A program made the position numbers and the translations under genes. Below, piece by piece: positions 63,727 through 64,000 of a stretch of DNA of 64,000 nt. The notes below the pieces were generated by a model that had not been told where the DNA came from, made no database searches, and saw only the letters and a program-made list of their open reading frames with translations. Source of the DNA: Nitrosarchaeum sp. (GTDB taxonomy: Archaea > Thermoproteota > Nitrososphaeria > Nitrososphaerales > Nitrosopumilaceae); the NCBI GenBank assembly GCA_965223865.1, contig OZ245020.1:1921366-1985365 (forward strand), written 5' to 3'. Position 1 is the first letter of the stretch, and each line of letters begins with the position of its first letter.

Positions 63727-63867
63727 AAAAGAGTTGAGCTTAAGACCAACTACCAAAAGGTATGTTGATGACAGCTCGTTTGCTTAAGGTCAGCAATGGT
63801 GATTACTGACGACAGCGTTTGTCTTAAGATCTCCAGCGTCGGCACGGAGATGACAGACCAACCTTTT
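63727..63867 (-). ncRNA. Tandem triplet of CUGUC-[variable hairpin]-CUUAAG structured units (unknown family)
   Basis: Three 40-44-nt units with invariant flanks and unrelated but pairing stems; TATA-like CTTAAAGTA at about 63904-63912 upstream and T-rich tract downstream on - strand. Confidence 0.7.
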
Positions 63868-64000
63868 CAATTAATTTATGAGAATTCGATAGTTAACTAG
63901 GACTACTTTAAGATACTAGTGCCAAATTTGGAATTATTTAACACTATAGTGATTTTCAGATAGTGTATTTATTAGGCCAAAATTGTCTCTTTGCTAAATG

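Noticed and set aside
63727-63867. Mini CRISPR array, TIGR-like array, or C/D or H/ACA guide RNA
   Set aside because: The constant part is only about 17-19 nt and the variable parts are self-complementary hairpins; there are no consistent C/D boxes, K-turns or pseudouridylation pockets, and no cas or Nop-domain gene in the window
63727-63867. Hammerhead, hairpin or pistol ribozyme
   Set aside because: CUGAnGA occurs in only one unit with no GAAA partner; GUC lies opposite CUUA rather than AGAA; no pistol pseudoknot

Overview
AT-rich archaeal chromosome segment from an ammonia-oxidising Nitrososphaerota (Thaumarchaeota), most likely Nitrosopumilaceae. Evidence: archaeal ribosomal proteins, Cbf5, Spt5, PEFG-CTERM and PxWIKNNAGWW surface domains, and leaderless TATA-ATG promoters. 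Positions 1-37100 and 41650-47190 are core genes: rpoD-rpl18e-rpl13-rps9, two aconitase-family LeuCD/HacAB pairs, cofE, 2-oxoacid:ferredoxin oxidoreductase, intron-containing tRNA-Ser(GGA), a rearranged spc-like cluster with secY/adk/cmk/cbf5, argF, ftsY, sod, pckA, secE-spt5-rpl11, rpl1-rpl10, rpl12, alaS-leuS. Two accessory regions (about 37.1-41.6 kb and 47.2-64 kb) carry secreted/surface proteins, Zn-finger microproteins and several nonsense-interrupted or decayed genes. The most striking unexplained signal is a structured non-coding motif: a hairpin with an invariant GUC/CUUA internal loop between sequence-variable, covarying stems. It occurs as a tandem triplet at 63727-63867 (-) and as a solo inverted copy at 61339-61388 (+). 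Nearby is a duplicated-promoter pair driving a candidate sRNA and a 27-aa peptide. All annotations come from reading the sequence; no database searches were run.
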